The notes: generated by a model from the sequence alone, not told the origin. A stretch of 32,000 nucleotides of DNA from Pseudomonadota bacterium (GCA_039799905.1 JBDLRP010000029.1:83535-115534); one strand, 5' to 3'. Positions 23,138-31,759 are shown, counted from the stretch's first letter. Numbers and translations are program-made.

Positions 23138-23884
23138 TCAATTTTGAGACCCAGTAAAATTCTTTCGAAGTCGCAGGAAAAACCTGATTAAATGGTAGCA
23201 GAGCAGCAGAAGGACCACCAGCCAAACAGCGGAAAGCGGGCCCTGATCCAAAAAACTGACTGGTTGGCTTGACAAATAATTTCTTTCCCTGTTGACTAGA
23301 CGGCCCGCTGCGAGAGCCTCACCCTCTTGAGCCGCTTTGCGCACATCCCCGAGCAGGTTGTTCCAGAAAACTTCAAACCCGGCCGAAGCGAATTCTACCG
23401 GACCATTCTGATACGCAAGCAGCTCACCGTCTCGGTCGAGCAGAAAAAAAGCCGGGTGCGCGACCACAGACAAGCGCTCACTTAGAACTCCCTGAGGATC
23501 CCAAATAATACCCTTCAGGCTCCTCAGGCCCGTCGCCCGATACTCCAAGCCCAACTCAGGAAGCGTGGGCCAATCGCTCACAACTATGCGCGCACAGACC
23601 GTTGGCGCCAACGCACCCGCGACTGGAGGATGCGCTTCCTGCAAACGCTCAAGCGCCCGGGCACCTGCACGACAATTTTCACACTCAGGCAAGGTAAAAT
23701 AGAGCGCAGTGAGGTCGGCAGGGCGCCCTCCCTCCTTGTCACAAAACAACGACTCAGGCGCAGGCGCAGCGTCGGCATCTCGCTCACCGACAACAGGGAA
23801 TTCAAAATTTGGAACGAACACCTTGCTATCGAGGGTGTGCAGTCCGGAGGCCTTGGCCATCTGAGAGAGAGTTGTTAATCCCAT
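23138..23884 (-). CDS. thioredoxin-fold (TlpA/ResA-like) protein with C-terminal TM anchor
   Basis: It has the CxxC after strand 1 (ALYFTLPECENCRAGARALERL), a cis-Pro region (VVAHPAFFLLDRDGELLAY) and a C-terminal TM (LSAVWLVVLLLLCYHLIRFFL). I chose ATG 23884 (GGAG 5 nt upstream). The longer track ORF to 24274 conflicts with a better plus-strand ORF. Confidence 0.5.
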   Translation of the reverse strand: MGLTTLSQMAKASGLHTLDSKVFVPNFEFPVVGERDADAAPAPESLFCDKEGGRPADLTALYFTLPECENCRAGARALERLQEAHPPVAGALAPTVCARIVVSDWPTLPELGLEYRATGLRSLKGIIWDPQGVLSERLSVVAHPAFFLLDRDGELLAYQNGPVEFASAGFEVFWNNLLGDVRKAAQEGEALAAGRLVNRERNYLSSQPVSFLDQGPLSAVWLVVLLLLCYHLIRFFLRLRKNFTGSQN

Positions 23885-24070
23885 ACCGTCTCCAAAATGA
23901 GACACATACCCTTCGAGGTGATGCTTTCCTGAGACACTAGCTATCCCCCCTTCTCTGAGTAATTGCAACGGATGTTCCAAATCATAGGCTCTGTCGCCGA
24001 ATTTTAAAATTGGCACGGTATTTGCTTTGAGACTTCCGAAATCGAACGCACTGTCATAGGAGAGAGAACG

Positions 24071-24325
24071 ATGGAAACACTCGTGAACACAATGAACGCT
24101 ATCCGACAGCAGGCTGCACAGAGCACTCAACCACTGAATAACAAGGTTCTCGCAGAAAATCTTTTCCGTGACCTTCGCCTTCAGGGACTGAAAGACAAAG
24201 ACATCGTCAGTCTGTCTTCCGAACTGATTGCTCAACTCACAAACGACATCAAAGTCAGAGCAGAAAAAGTTCACACCGGTGAAACTCCTGCCATCAGCTC
24301 CGAAAAGCTCACCCGCACTCGCTAA
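24071..24325 (+). CDS. small hypothetical protein (84 aa)
   Basis: AGGAG lies 8 nt upstream of ATG 24071. The composition is protein-like (METLVNTMNAIRQQAAQSTQPLNNKVLAENLFRDLRLQGLKDKDIVSLSSELIAQLTNDIK...). It overlaps only the Cys/Phe-rich, poor-looking N-terminal extension of the antisense ORF. Confidence 0.5.
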   Translation: METLVNTMNAIRQQAAQSTQPLNNKVLAENLFRDLRLQGLKDKDIVSLSSELIAQLTNDIKVRAEKVHTGETPAISSEKLTRTR

Positions 24326-24333
24326 TCAATATT

Positions 24334-24360
24334 AAAAAAAAACCCGCCCAACGGGCGGGT
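24334..24360 (-). terminator. rho-independent terminator of the H1-like gene
   Basis: The minus strand reads ACCCGCCC-gtt-GGGCGGGT followed by nine T (plus-strand A-run 24334-24342). Confidence 0.8.
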
Positions 24361-24387
24361 CGACTCATCGAGTGATGAGTGGCTGAC

Positions 24388-24801
24388 TTAGCCTGCCTTG
24401 TGCAGGGGTGTGACCTTAGCCACAACCTTGCGAGCTTTGCGAGCTGCAGGCTTCTTGGCTTTCTTTGCCTTCTTCTTAGCAGCTGGCTTCTTAGCGGCAG
24501 CCTTCTTAGCTGTAGCCTTCTTAGCCTTCTTCTTGGCAGCTGGCTTCTTGGTAACAGCCTTCTTGGCGGTTGCCTTCTTAGCCTTGCGCTTAGCTGGCTT
24601 CTTAGCAGCAGCCTTCTTAGCGGTAGCTTTCTTGGCAGTAGCCTTCTTAGCCTTCTTCTTCGCAGCTGGCTTCTTAGCCTTTGCAGCAACTTTCTTCTTC
24701 GCCTTGCCGCCTACTTTTTTCTTAGCTGCGCGGACTGTCTTCTTCTTCTTTGCACGCTTCGGTTTTGCGTGCGATACTTCAGCTTTAGTTTCAACTGTCA
24801 T
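24388..24801 (-). CDS. histone-H1-like Lys/Ala-repeat basic protein
   Basis: 137 aa consisting almost entirely of KKPAAKKKAKKATAKKA-type repeats. The minus strand is chosen because the terminator lies 28 nt downstream and AAGGGA lies upstream of the ATG. The other three overlapping frames give Leu/Ser/Phe or Arg/Leu nonsense repeats. Confidence 0.7.
   Translation of the reverse strand: MTVETKAEVSHAKPKRAKKKKTVRAAKKKVGGKAKKKVAAKAKKPAAKKKAKKATAKKATAKKAAAKKPAKRKAKKATAKKAVTKKPAAKKKAKKATAKKAAAKKPAAKKKAKKAKKPAARKARKVVAKVTPLHKAG
24440..24740. repeat. imperfect tandem coding repeats (GCCTTCTTAGC-type units) inside the H1-like gene
   Basis: Directly visible reiteration of ggcttcttagc / gccttcttagc / gccttcttggc. 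At the protein level there are about five KKPA-initiated units of 10-24 aa. Confidence 0.6.
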
Positions 24802-25118
24802 TTAGACGTTCCCTTCTTCAGACTGCGACGCTCGGAGACAAAGCTTGTGTCCCCACGCCTGAATTGTGAAACCAATTCACTCGACCGCAACGTCTCCCGA
24901 CGTGACCAGCGACAGCGTCTTCCCGACGCAGAGCACCGCACATTCATGCGATACCAATTTTTCGTCATGTCTCAGTATAACTTGAGTCGAAGTTCAGCTT
25001 TTTTTAGCACGTCACTTTTTTGGAGCTTCTGGTGAACTTTTTGACACAACACACAACTTTTTCACCTCTCATCGCACAACTCGGATCGCAGAGTTTTGAG
25101 CTCCAGGCGCGAACAAAT

Positions 25119-25673
25119 ATGAATTCCGGAAACTCCGTCGACGGTTCTTTTCCAACTCTGCTCGCGATCGTTCTGGTCACTTTCGTTCTCGTCCTTTTCC
25201 TTATGGCGACCCTTTGGCCGAGAGAAAAGTCCGACTCCATACATTCACGGCAGAGACAATTCGGACGGGTCGACGGACTGTTCTTCAAAATCCAGACAGC
25301 GCTTCTCGACAGCGAAGAATCCAGCAGATATCTCGCAGGACAACTCTCGAGTCCCGCTCTTTTGCAAGGGATTCTCCTCATGAAAAGTCAGTCCCTGACA
25401 CTGGTGTCTTTGAGCGTCGGCGGCTGTGCCTTTGTCTCGCCCACGCCACTGAAGAAAGGTTCAGTGCTTCTTCTCCAACTCGGCTCACTGCCCGACTTTC
25501 CCAAAGAAAATCTCATTGTTGCATGCAAAGTTGTGTGGTCGCGGCACGACAAGGGAAAGCACGGCGGAGTGGAGAGTGCCGGTTGTAAATTTGTTTTTCC
25601 GCAGGGAGCCGCAGGTCCCGACGAGCCCCTCAAAAACTACATCACATTCCTGATGGATGAACCGGTGAGCTAG
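25119..25673 (+). CDS. membrane-anchored PilZ-like domain protein
   Basis: ATG 25119 is preferred over TTG 25020. It has an N-terminal TM (FPTLLAIVLVTFVLVLFLMATLW), an RxxxR-like motif (SRQRQFGRV), a (D/N)xSxxG-like motif degenerated to SLSVGG, and a beta-barrel-like tail (VACKVVWSRHD...GCKFVF). Confidence 0.5.
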   Translation: MNSGNSVDGSFPTLLAIVLVTFVLVLFLMATLWPREKSDSIHSRQRQFGRVDGLFFKIQTALLDSEESSRYLAGQLSSPALLQGILLMKSQSLTLVSLSVGGCAFVSPTPLKKGSVLLLQLGSLPDFPKENLIVACKVVWSRHDKGKHGGVESAGCKFVFPQGAAGPDEPLKNYITFLMDEPVS

Positions 25674-26603
25674 ATGGATGAAAAAGGAGTCACATCGTCA
25701 ACGGACGGAACGACGCAGCTACTTGTGCTGCTTGGCAAAGACCTAAGCCGGTCGCCTTCGCCGGCCACACACACCCAATGGGCGCAGATCCGCAAACTCA
25801 ACTTCCACTACAACGCGATGTCCACAAACAGCGAGGCGGAATTTATTTCACTCGCTGAGAGTTTGATGCGCTCGCAGCACTTTGCGGGCGGCAACATCAC
25901 CAATCCTTTCAAATCCGCTGCGCTGAAGCTCGACGGTGTCAGCGTGGATGCAGCGGCGCTGCGCTGCGGCGCTGCCAACACACTCTATCGAAGAGAAGAG
26001 TTTTCGACTGTCTCGTGGCATCTCACCAATACCGACCTATTGGGATGTTCGGAATCGATTCAAAAAATCATGAGCTCAATCGGCCCCGATTCATCCATCG
26101 TTGACCTCATTGTTCTGGGACGCGGCGCAATGGCGAGAACCGTCTTACGTGCTGTCGAAGATTTTTCCGCATTGTCCGGGGTCGAGTTCGATGCATTGAT
26201 TGGCGGTAGAGACAGCCTCCCTATCGACCCACTTCCTAAATTTAACCTCAACAGTTTCAGATACTTTAATTTAAACGACGAGGCCTTGGTGACCAACGTT
26301 GCCGAGAACTTGCCCACGAACCGCCACCTGCTTTGCATCAACACACTTCCCGGAGGCACGAACACCGAAGCTGAAACGACGATTCACAACACCCTGCGCA
26401 CGCTAAGCAACTCCGGACATTGGCAACAAAGAAAATTTTTCTGCGTGAGTTACGCCGAGCAAACTTGGCACTCAACGGCCCGACAGCTCGGTTGGGATGT
26501 TATCAATGGAGATTTGCTGTTCGAGATTCAGGCGCGCGCAGCGTTCAAACTCTGGACGGGCGTTGACGCGCCCAATCATCCAACCGCTCTGCTGCGTTCC
26601 TGA
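25674..26603 (+). CDS. aroE: shikimate dehydrogenase family protein
   Basis: SRSPSPATH (SxS), GGNITNPFK (NxTxPxK), DAAALRCGAANTL (D...GAxNT), and a Rossmann region VLGRGAMARTVL. The ATG follows directly after the PilZ gene stop (TAGATG). Confidence 0.65.
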   Translation: MDEKGVTSSTDGTTQLLVLLGKDLSRSPSPATHTQWAQIRKLNFHYNAMSTNSEAEFISLAESLMRSQHFAGGNITNPFKSAALKLDGVSVDAAALRCGAANTLYRREEFSTVSWHLTNTDLLGCSESIQKIMSSIGPDSSIVDLIVLGRGAMARTVLRAVEDFSALSGVEFDALIGGRDSLPIDPLPKFNLNSFRYFNLNDEALVTNVAENLPTNRHLLCINTLPGGTNTEAETTIHNTLRTLSNSGHWQQRKFFCVSYAEQTWHSTARQLGWDVINGDLLFEIQARAAFKLWTGVDAPNHPTALLRS

Positions 26604-27774
26604 GGGTTTGATCGGATTTGCAGAATGCAAAACGCAGCCAGTTGAGCCGGCGCGGCGGCTGACTCCCATAATAGAAGACTGATGGAGGAATGGCCGCAAC
26701 ACGTGCCTCAGCTATCAGTCGCTTTGCAAACTCAACGTCACGAACAGCTGCACCCTCCACATGGGCATCGTAGCCGCCCATCAAAAAATAGCTGCCCTGC
26801 GCTCTTTGCACCCGAAAGCCAGCCTTGCGCAAACTGTCTTCAAGAAAGTTTTGCTTCGCACCATAAATGGCAGGAAGTGTCTTCAGATAGTCATTCACCC
26901 AGTCATCTTGTGCAATCATCGTGGCAAGCCCGCGCTGGGTTGCAGGGTTGGTACAAAAAACGACCCCCTGATGCACCAGACGCACGTCGCGAGTGAGTTC
27001 TGCAGATGCAGTCACCCAACCAACCTTAAAACCCGTAAAACCAAACGTCTTTGCAGACGAACTGATCCGCACCACTCTTGAACGCATATCAGGCATGGAC
27101 ACGGGAGAGGTTGCGCCTGCTTCCGAGTACACAAGGTATTCATAAACCTCATCGGACATCAAAACAGCATCGTGCTCGCGAACCGCTTCACAAATTTTCT
27201 CAAGCTCTGCAGACGTGAAAACTTTGCCGGTCGGGTTGTGAGGTGTGTTGAGAATCATCAGTGCGAAGCCAGTGGACGTTGCCGCTTTGAACTCATCCCA
27301 GTCGACCGCCCAGCCGCGCGCGGAGACTCCGGCGGGAGTGTCGGGAGCGTGCAGGCGCACCGGCACCAACACTCCACCAGCATTTGCGATGGCCTGCGCA
27401 TAACTGTCGTAACAAGGTTCGAACACGACGACTCTGTCACCCGGATTTACGAATGCGTTGATCACAGAGTAAATAGCTTCAGTTGCGCCTGTGGTGATTG
27501 TCACCTCTTGATCGGGGCAATACTCGACTCCGGTGCGCGCACGCACCAATGCACTCACGGCTGCGCGCAATGAAGCCTCACCGATCGCCGGAGCATACTG
27601 ATTGTGACAGTGCAGTGTTTCATGAGCGACTTGCCGGAGTACTTCCTCGGGGCCTGAAAAATCAGGAAAACCCTGCGCAAGATTGACAGCCTGATTTGCG
27701 TTTGCAAGCTGGGTCATCTCGGTGAAGATACTTGTTCCGAATGCGGACCATCTGTGCGCCAGTTTCATCGACAT
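26545..27774 (-). CDS. class I/II pyridoxal-phosphate aminotransferase (YbdL / kynurenine-aminotransferase-like)
   Basis: MSMKLAHRWSAFGTSIFTEMTQLANANQAVNLAQGFPDF..., NTPHNPTG, and the PLP-Lys block SSSAKTFGFTGFKVGW. ATG 27774 lies 17 nt after the upstream permease stop, and the track's longer N-terminus would overlap that gene. Confidence 0.85.
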   Translation of the reverse strand: MSMKLAHRWSAFGTSIFTEMTQLANANQAVNLAQGFPDFSGPEEVLRQVAHETLHCHNQYAPAIGEASLRAAVSALVRARTGVEYCPDQEVTITTGATEAIYSVINAFVNPGDRVVVFEPCYDSYAQAIANAGGVLVPVRLHAPDTPAGVSARGWAVDWDEFKAATSTGFALMILNTPHNPTGKVFTSAELEKICEAVREHDAVLMSDEVYEYLVYSEAGATSPVSMPDMRSRVVRISSSAKTFGFTGFKVGWVTASAELTRDVRLVHQGVVFCTNPATQRGLATMIAQDDWVNDYLKTLPAIYGAKQNFLEDSLRKAGFRVQRAQGSYFLMGGYDAHVEGAAVRDVEFAKRLIAEARVAAIPPSVFYYGSQPPRRLNWLRFAFCKSDQTLRNAAERLDDWARQRPSRV

Positions 27775-27791
27775 AATATTGATTCCCCTGT

Positions 27792-28670
27792 TCAACCGCG
27801 GCTTGAACGCGGATCGAGAGCGTCCCGCAGGCTGTCGCCTAACACGTTGAGACAGAAAACGGTAAGGAAAATTGCCGCCCCCGGAAAAACCAGAGTCCAC
27901 CAAGCCTGATAAAAGTCGGCCTTACCTTCAGCGAGCATCGCACCCCACTCGGGTGTCGGAGGCCGGACACCCAAACCAAGAAAGCTAAGGCCAGCCGACT
28001 CGAGCAAGGCACTGGCAAAACTCATCGTTGCGACAACAACGACGGAATTCAAAATATTTGGCAAGACGTGCTTGAATAAAATACGGCTAAGCGAAGCGCC
28101 ATTGGCATGAGCCGAGGTAACGTATTCTTTGCTGCGCTCTCCCAAGGTTGCGCTGCGTGCCACACGGGCGAAAGTTGGAGCGTAAGCCAATCCTACGGCT
28201 ATCATCAAATTAACAATCCCCTGTCCCAGGAAGGCGACAAGGATAAGTGCCAAGAGGATCGCTGGAAAAGCTAGAAGACAGTCATTGAGCCGCATAAGAA
28301 ATTCATCGGTCCGGCCTCCCAGATAGCCGGACAACAGGCCGAGCGGAACTCCCAAACCTGCTCCAAGCGCGACTGGCAAAAAACCGAGAACCAACGAGAT
28401 GCGTCCGCCGTGAAGTACCCGCGAGAAAACATCCCGACCAGAACCGTCGGTGCCAAACGGATGCAGCCAACTTCCGCCTTCGGAAAAGAACGGAGGAATG
28501 AAGCGGGCTGATTCCAGATTAAGTGTCAGAGGGTCGTGTTGGGCCAACCATGGCGCGCCCAGTGAGCACACGATAAGGAAGAATAAAACTGCAACCGCCC
28601 ACTGTGCGCTGCGGTTCGAGCGGATTTCACGCAACAGACTGCGCCAGACTGTCGGACGGGCGGTCGTCAT
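27792..28670 (-). CDS. ABC transporter permease (DppC/OppC-like)
   Basis: SAHANGASLSRILFKHVLPNILNSVVV (EAA-loop region) with 6 TM-like segments. ATG 28670 shares one base with the upstream stop (TGATG). Confidence 0.85.
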   Translation of the reverse strand: MTTARPTVWRSLLREIRSNRSAQWAVAVLFFLIVCSLGAPWLAQHDPLTLNLESARFIPPFFSEGGSWLHPFGTDGSGRDVFSRVLHGGRISLVLGFLPVALGAGLGVPLGLLSGYLGGRTDEFLMRLNDCLLAFPAILLALILVAFLGQGIVNLMIAVGLAYAPTFARVARSATLGERSKEYVTSAHANGASLSRILFKHVLPNILNSVVVVATMSFASALLESAGLSFLGLGVRPPTPEWGAMLAEGKADFYQAWWTLVFPGAAIFLTVFCLNVLGDSLRDALDPRSSRG

Positions 28671-29725
28671 CAATTTGCTCCTCCGCCAGAGCGTCCCTGC
28701 TTTGTTCGTGGATCCAACCATCCAACTGTCAGGTCGCCCAGCAAATTGAACAAAACAAAAACGGCACCGACGAACAGTGTTCCGGACTGAACCATGGGAA
28801 AATCCCGGCTGCTAATGCTTTCAACCAACAGTTTTCCCAACCCCGGCCAGGCAAACATCGTCTCGGTGATCACTGCTCCACCAAAAAGAGCTCCGGCTTG
28901 CAGGAAGAGTACGGTGACAACGGGCAGAGCTGCATTTCTCGCTGCGTGTTTTAAAACCACCTTGTACTGCGGAACACCTTTCGCGCGTGCAGTGCGGATA
29001 TAATCTTGTTGCAAAACATCAAGCATTGCAGAGCGGGTCATTCGGCAAATATGTGCCATCGGGATCGTCGAAAGTGCAATTGCAGGCAGGGTCAGATATC
29101 GCAGTGCTGATAAAAACACATCCCAGCCCCCGCCGCTGACACCAAGCCAAATTCCATCGACGGTGTACATTCTAAATAGTGAGTCGGTTGCCGAATCAAA
29201 AACCACTTCGTCAGACAGGCGGCCCGATGTCGGGAGCCACCCCAGATTCAGACTAAAAAACCACATCAGGAGCAACGCAAGCCAGAAGATCGGCATGCTG
29301 ACACCAGTCAGTGAAATGAAACTTGCAAGCCTGTCCCACCATGTGCGCCGGGCAACCGCAGACACAACACCCAAAAAAAGTCCGACAGGAATAGCGATGA
29401 GCAGAGCCGCCGAAGCAAGCTCGACTGTTGCGGGAATTGCCGTGGCAAACAGATTAGAAATCGCCTGATCGTGAAATAAGCTGTGCCCGAGGTCACCCTC
29501 AAGTATGAGCCTCTTGAGATAGAGGCCATACTGAACCCACCAAGGGTCATCTAGTCGCAGCGAAGCTCGGATATATGCAACACGCTCGGGAGTTGCGCGC
29601 TCGCCAGCCATGACGAGAGCAATATCCCCCGGAATGAGCTTGAGCGCCCAGAACAACAACAGCGTCAGAAAGAGTAGAACAGGAACTGACTGCGCAAATC
29701 TGCGCAGGGCTTGACGTGCGAACAT
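28670..29725 (-). CDS. ABC transporter permease (DppB/OppB-like)
   Basis: MFARQALRRFAQSVPVLLFLTLLLFWALKLIPGD... and YIRTARAKGVPQYKVVLKHAARNAALPVVT. Confidence 0.85.
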   Translation of the reverse strand: MFARQALRRFAQSVPVLLFLTLLLFWALKLIPGDIALVMAGERATPERVAYIRASLRLDDPWWVQYGLYLKRLILEGDLGHSLFHDQAISNLFATAIPATVELASAALLIAIPVGLFLGVVSAVARRTWWDRLASFISLTGVSMPIFWLALLLMWFFSLNLGWLPTSGRLSDEVVFDSATDSLFRMYTVDGIWLGVSGGGWDVFLSALRYLTLPAIALSTIPMAHICRMTRSAMLDVLQQDYIRTARAKGVPQYKVVLKHAARNAALPVVTVLFLQAGALFGGAVITETMFAWPGLGKLLVESISSRDFPMVQSGTLFVGAVFVLFNLLGDLTVGWLDPRTKQGRSGGGAN

Positions 29726-29731
29726 TACGAC

Positions 29732-31324
29732 TCACTTAGCGTTCAGGCTGACCTTGAAAAAACGACGCGAGCCATTGGGCTGCAAAATAAAACCCTGCAC
29801 CCGAGGATCCATCGGCATTGCGACGCGTGAGTGTGCCAGCGGAATCCAGGGCGCATCCTGATGAATCAACTGCTGAGCCTGCTTGTACATCTCGGCACGC
29901 TTCTTCTGAACAGTGACCTTTTGCGCGTCGCGCAGAATCTGCGTGACTTTGGCGTTGTCATAGAAGGCAATATTTGATGCCGGCGCCTTGGCGTTGTCGC
30001 CGCTCAACAGAACGCTGAGAAAGTTGTCCGGATCACCGTTGTCTCCCGTCCAACCAAGCAATGCCATCGGGTGCTCGCCCTTTTTTGTCTTATCCAGATA
30101 AACGGCCCATTCGTGTGTCGTGAGTTGAACCTTGACACCGACAGCCCTGAAATCAGCCTGAATCGCTTCGGCGACTCGTTTGGCATCCGGCATATAGGGC
30201 CTCGACACAGGCGGAAAATAAAGTTCAGATTCAAAACCGTTGGGATAGCCGGCTTCTGCCAAAAGTTGACGAGCCTTGGCTTGGTTGAACTGGTATGCCG
30301 CAATCGAAGAATTGTATCCCCACAACGAGGGCGGAATCGGGTTCACTGCTGGAATTCCCATGCCCGCATACACACCTTTGATAATGGCCTCTTTGTTGAC
30401 CGCCATATTCAACGCGCGGCGCACCTTGGGATTGGAGAAGGGCCCCTTGCCGGTATTAAAGGCAAGATACGCAACGTTCATCGCAGGTTCTTCCGTGATC
30501 TTTGCCTCAGGGCGCTTCTGCCGAATAGTGTTCACCTGATCGGGAGTTGGCAGATTCATCATATGAATTTCTTTGGCTAAAAACGCATTCAAGCGCGTTG
30601 CGGCATCTGGATAAGCGCGGAAGATAACCCTTGCAAGCTTGGGTTGACCAGCCCAGAAGCCTTTGTTCGCATCTAAAACTATTTTCTCGTTCTTGGTCCA
30701 GCTGACGAATTTGAACGGGCCCGTTCCAACGGGATTCCGGGCAAACTCGGCCTTGAACTTTCGGACCGCGGTCGGGCTCACGACTGAAGCAAAACTCATC
30801 GCGAGATTTGCGAGGAATGGGGCACTCGGTGTGCGCAAGGTCATACGGACCGTCTTTTCGTCGACGGCATCGATGGCGGACACAAGCTTGTCCATACCCA
30901 TGTCCTGCCAATAGGACCAAACCTGAGCGTACTTATAGGCCTCATGTTTGGGATCGTGCTGACGCATCAAACTGAAGACTACCGCCTCGGCATTCATTGG
31001 TGTGCCATCATGAAAACTGACGTTCGGGCGCAAGCGGAATGTGTAACGGAGCCCGTCAGGACTCACATCCCAACTCTGTGCGAGCGCAGGCTCAATCTCA
31101 GTGGTTCCGTCTTTGAATTGAACGAGTGTGTCGAAAATATTGTCGCAAACGTTCAAACTCTCGCCGTCAGTTTCCTTGGCCGGATCGAGTGACACGGAAT
31201 CTCCGCCACGTCCGTAGATGAGGACCTGTTTGGAATCTGCCGTCGCCGGCTGTTCAAAAGTTGCAAGACCGAGCATAAAAACGCTAAGTGCGGTCAGAGA
31301 GCGGCTTTTGATGGTCATGACCAT
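29732..31324 (-). CDS. ABC transporter substrate-binding protein, family 5 (peptide/nickel/opine type)
   Basis: 530 aa with a signal peptide (LTALSVFMLGLATFEQPATA). The blocks are typical of family 5: GTGPFKFVSWTKNEKIVLDAN, YLAFNT, WAVYLDK...LLGWTGDNGDPDNF. Confidence 0.85.
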   Translation of the reverse strand: MVMTIKSRSLTALSVFMLGLATFEQPATADSKQVLIYGRGGDSVSLDPAKETDGESLNVCDNIFDTLVQFKDGTTEIEPALAQSWDVSPDGLRYTFRLRPNVSFHDGTPMNAEAVVFSLMRQHDPKHEAYKYAQVWSYWQDMGMDKLVSAIDAVDEKTVRMTLRTPSAPFLANLAMSFASVVSPTAVRKFKAEFARNPVGTGPFKFVSWTKNEKIVLDANKGFWAGQPKLARVIFRAYPDAATRLNAFLAKEIHMMNLPTPDQVNTIRQKRPEAKITEEPAMNVAYLAFNTGKGPFSNPKVRRALNMAVNKEAIIKGVYAGMGIPAVNPIPPSLWGYNSSIAAYQFNQAKARQLLAEAGYPNGFESELYFPPVSRPYMPDAKRVAEAIQADFRAVGVKVQLTTHEWAVYLDKTKKGEHPMALLGWTGDNGDPDNFLSVLLSGDNAKAPASNIAFYDNAKVTQILRDAQKVTVQKKRAEMYKQAQQLIHQDAPWIPLAHSRVAMPMDPRVQGFILQPNGSRRFFKVSLNAK

Positions 31325-31444
31325 GGGGGGTTATCTCCGCGTCAGAGTTCGTTTTGACAGGACATAAGAGTCGGGCGGTTTTAGCTCAGGCGGGGTTGAA
31401 AGGCAATGCGGCTCGAACGGGCGGAATTCGAAATTCTTCAACAG

Positions 31445-31759
31445 CTACGGCTGATTCCACACCTCACAAAGGGCGTCTGTGCTGTTCATGTACTGGTTTC
31501 CGGTGGAAAAGACAGCGTCGCGCTTCTTCAACTTCTGTCCAGCATCCAAAATCTGCCGAGTGCCTGGAGCAAAGTTTCCATCCGATTGTTCGTGCACCAC
31601 TTCAACCACAGACAACGCGGCGCGGAGTCGGACGGTGACGAGGAACTTTGCATCGACCTCGCGCGACGATCGGGCACCCCGATAAAAGTTTGGCAATGGC
31701 CCGTCGAGCTCACCCAGCGTGTGGAAAACGGCGAAAACTTTCAAAATCTTGCACGACAC
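31445..31759 (-). CDS. hypothetical protein (104 aa)
   Basis: GTG start with a strong GAGGAG SD 8 nt upstream (rc of 31769-31774). No family recognised. Confidence 0.4.
   Translation of the reverse strand: MSCKILKVFAVFHTLGELDGPLPNFYRGARSSREVDAKFLVTVRLRAALSVVEVVHEQSDGNFAPGTRQILDAGQKLKKRDAVFSTGNQYMNSTDALCEVWNQP

Noticed and set aside
23127-23154. Inverted repeat CTGGGTC-14 nt-GACCCAG spanning the thioredoxin-like gene stop
   Set aside because: The stem is short (7 bp), the loop is large, and no T-run follows on the minus strand. It is not convincing as a terminator or operator.
23885-24274. N-terminal 130 codons of the 378-aa minus-strand ORF
   Set aside because: The Cys/Phe/His-rich composition looks like antisense translation. 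It conflicts with a plus-strand ORF that has a strong SD, and an internal ATG with a GGAG SD gives a complete thioredoxin-fold protein.
24309-25035. Alternative ORFs over the Lys/Ala repeat (24379..25035 +, 24398..24805 +, 24309..24689 -) and a CRISPR-like reading of the repeats
   Set aside because: Their products are Leu/Ser/Phe or Arg/Leu homopolymer-like artefacts of a repeat that is open in every frame. The terminator and SD fit only 24388..24801 (-). The repeats are contiguous, 11-12 nt, imperfect and coding, with no spacers, so this is not CRISPR.
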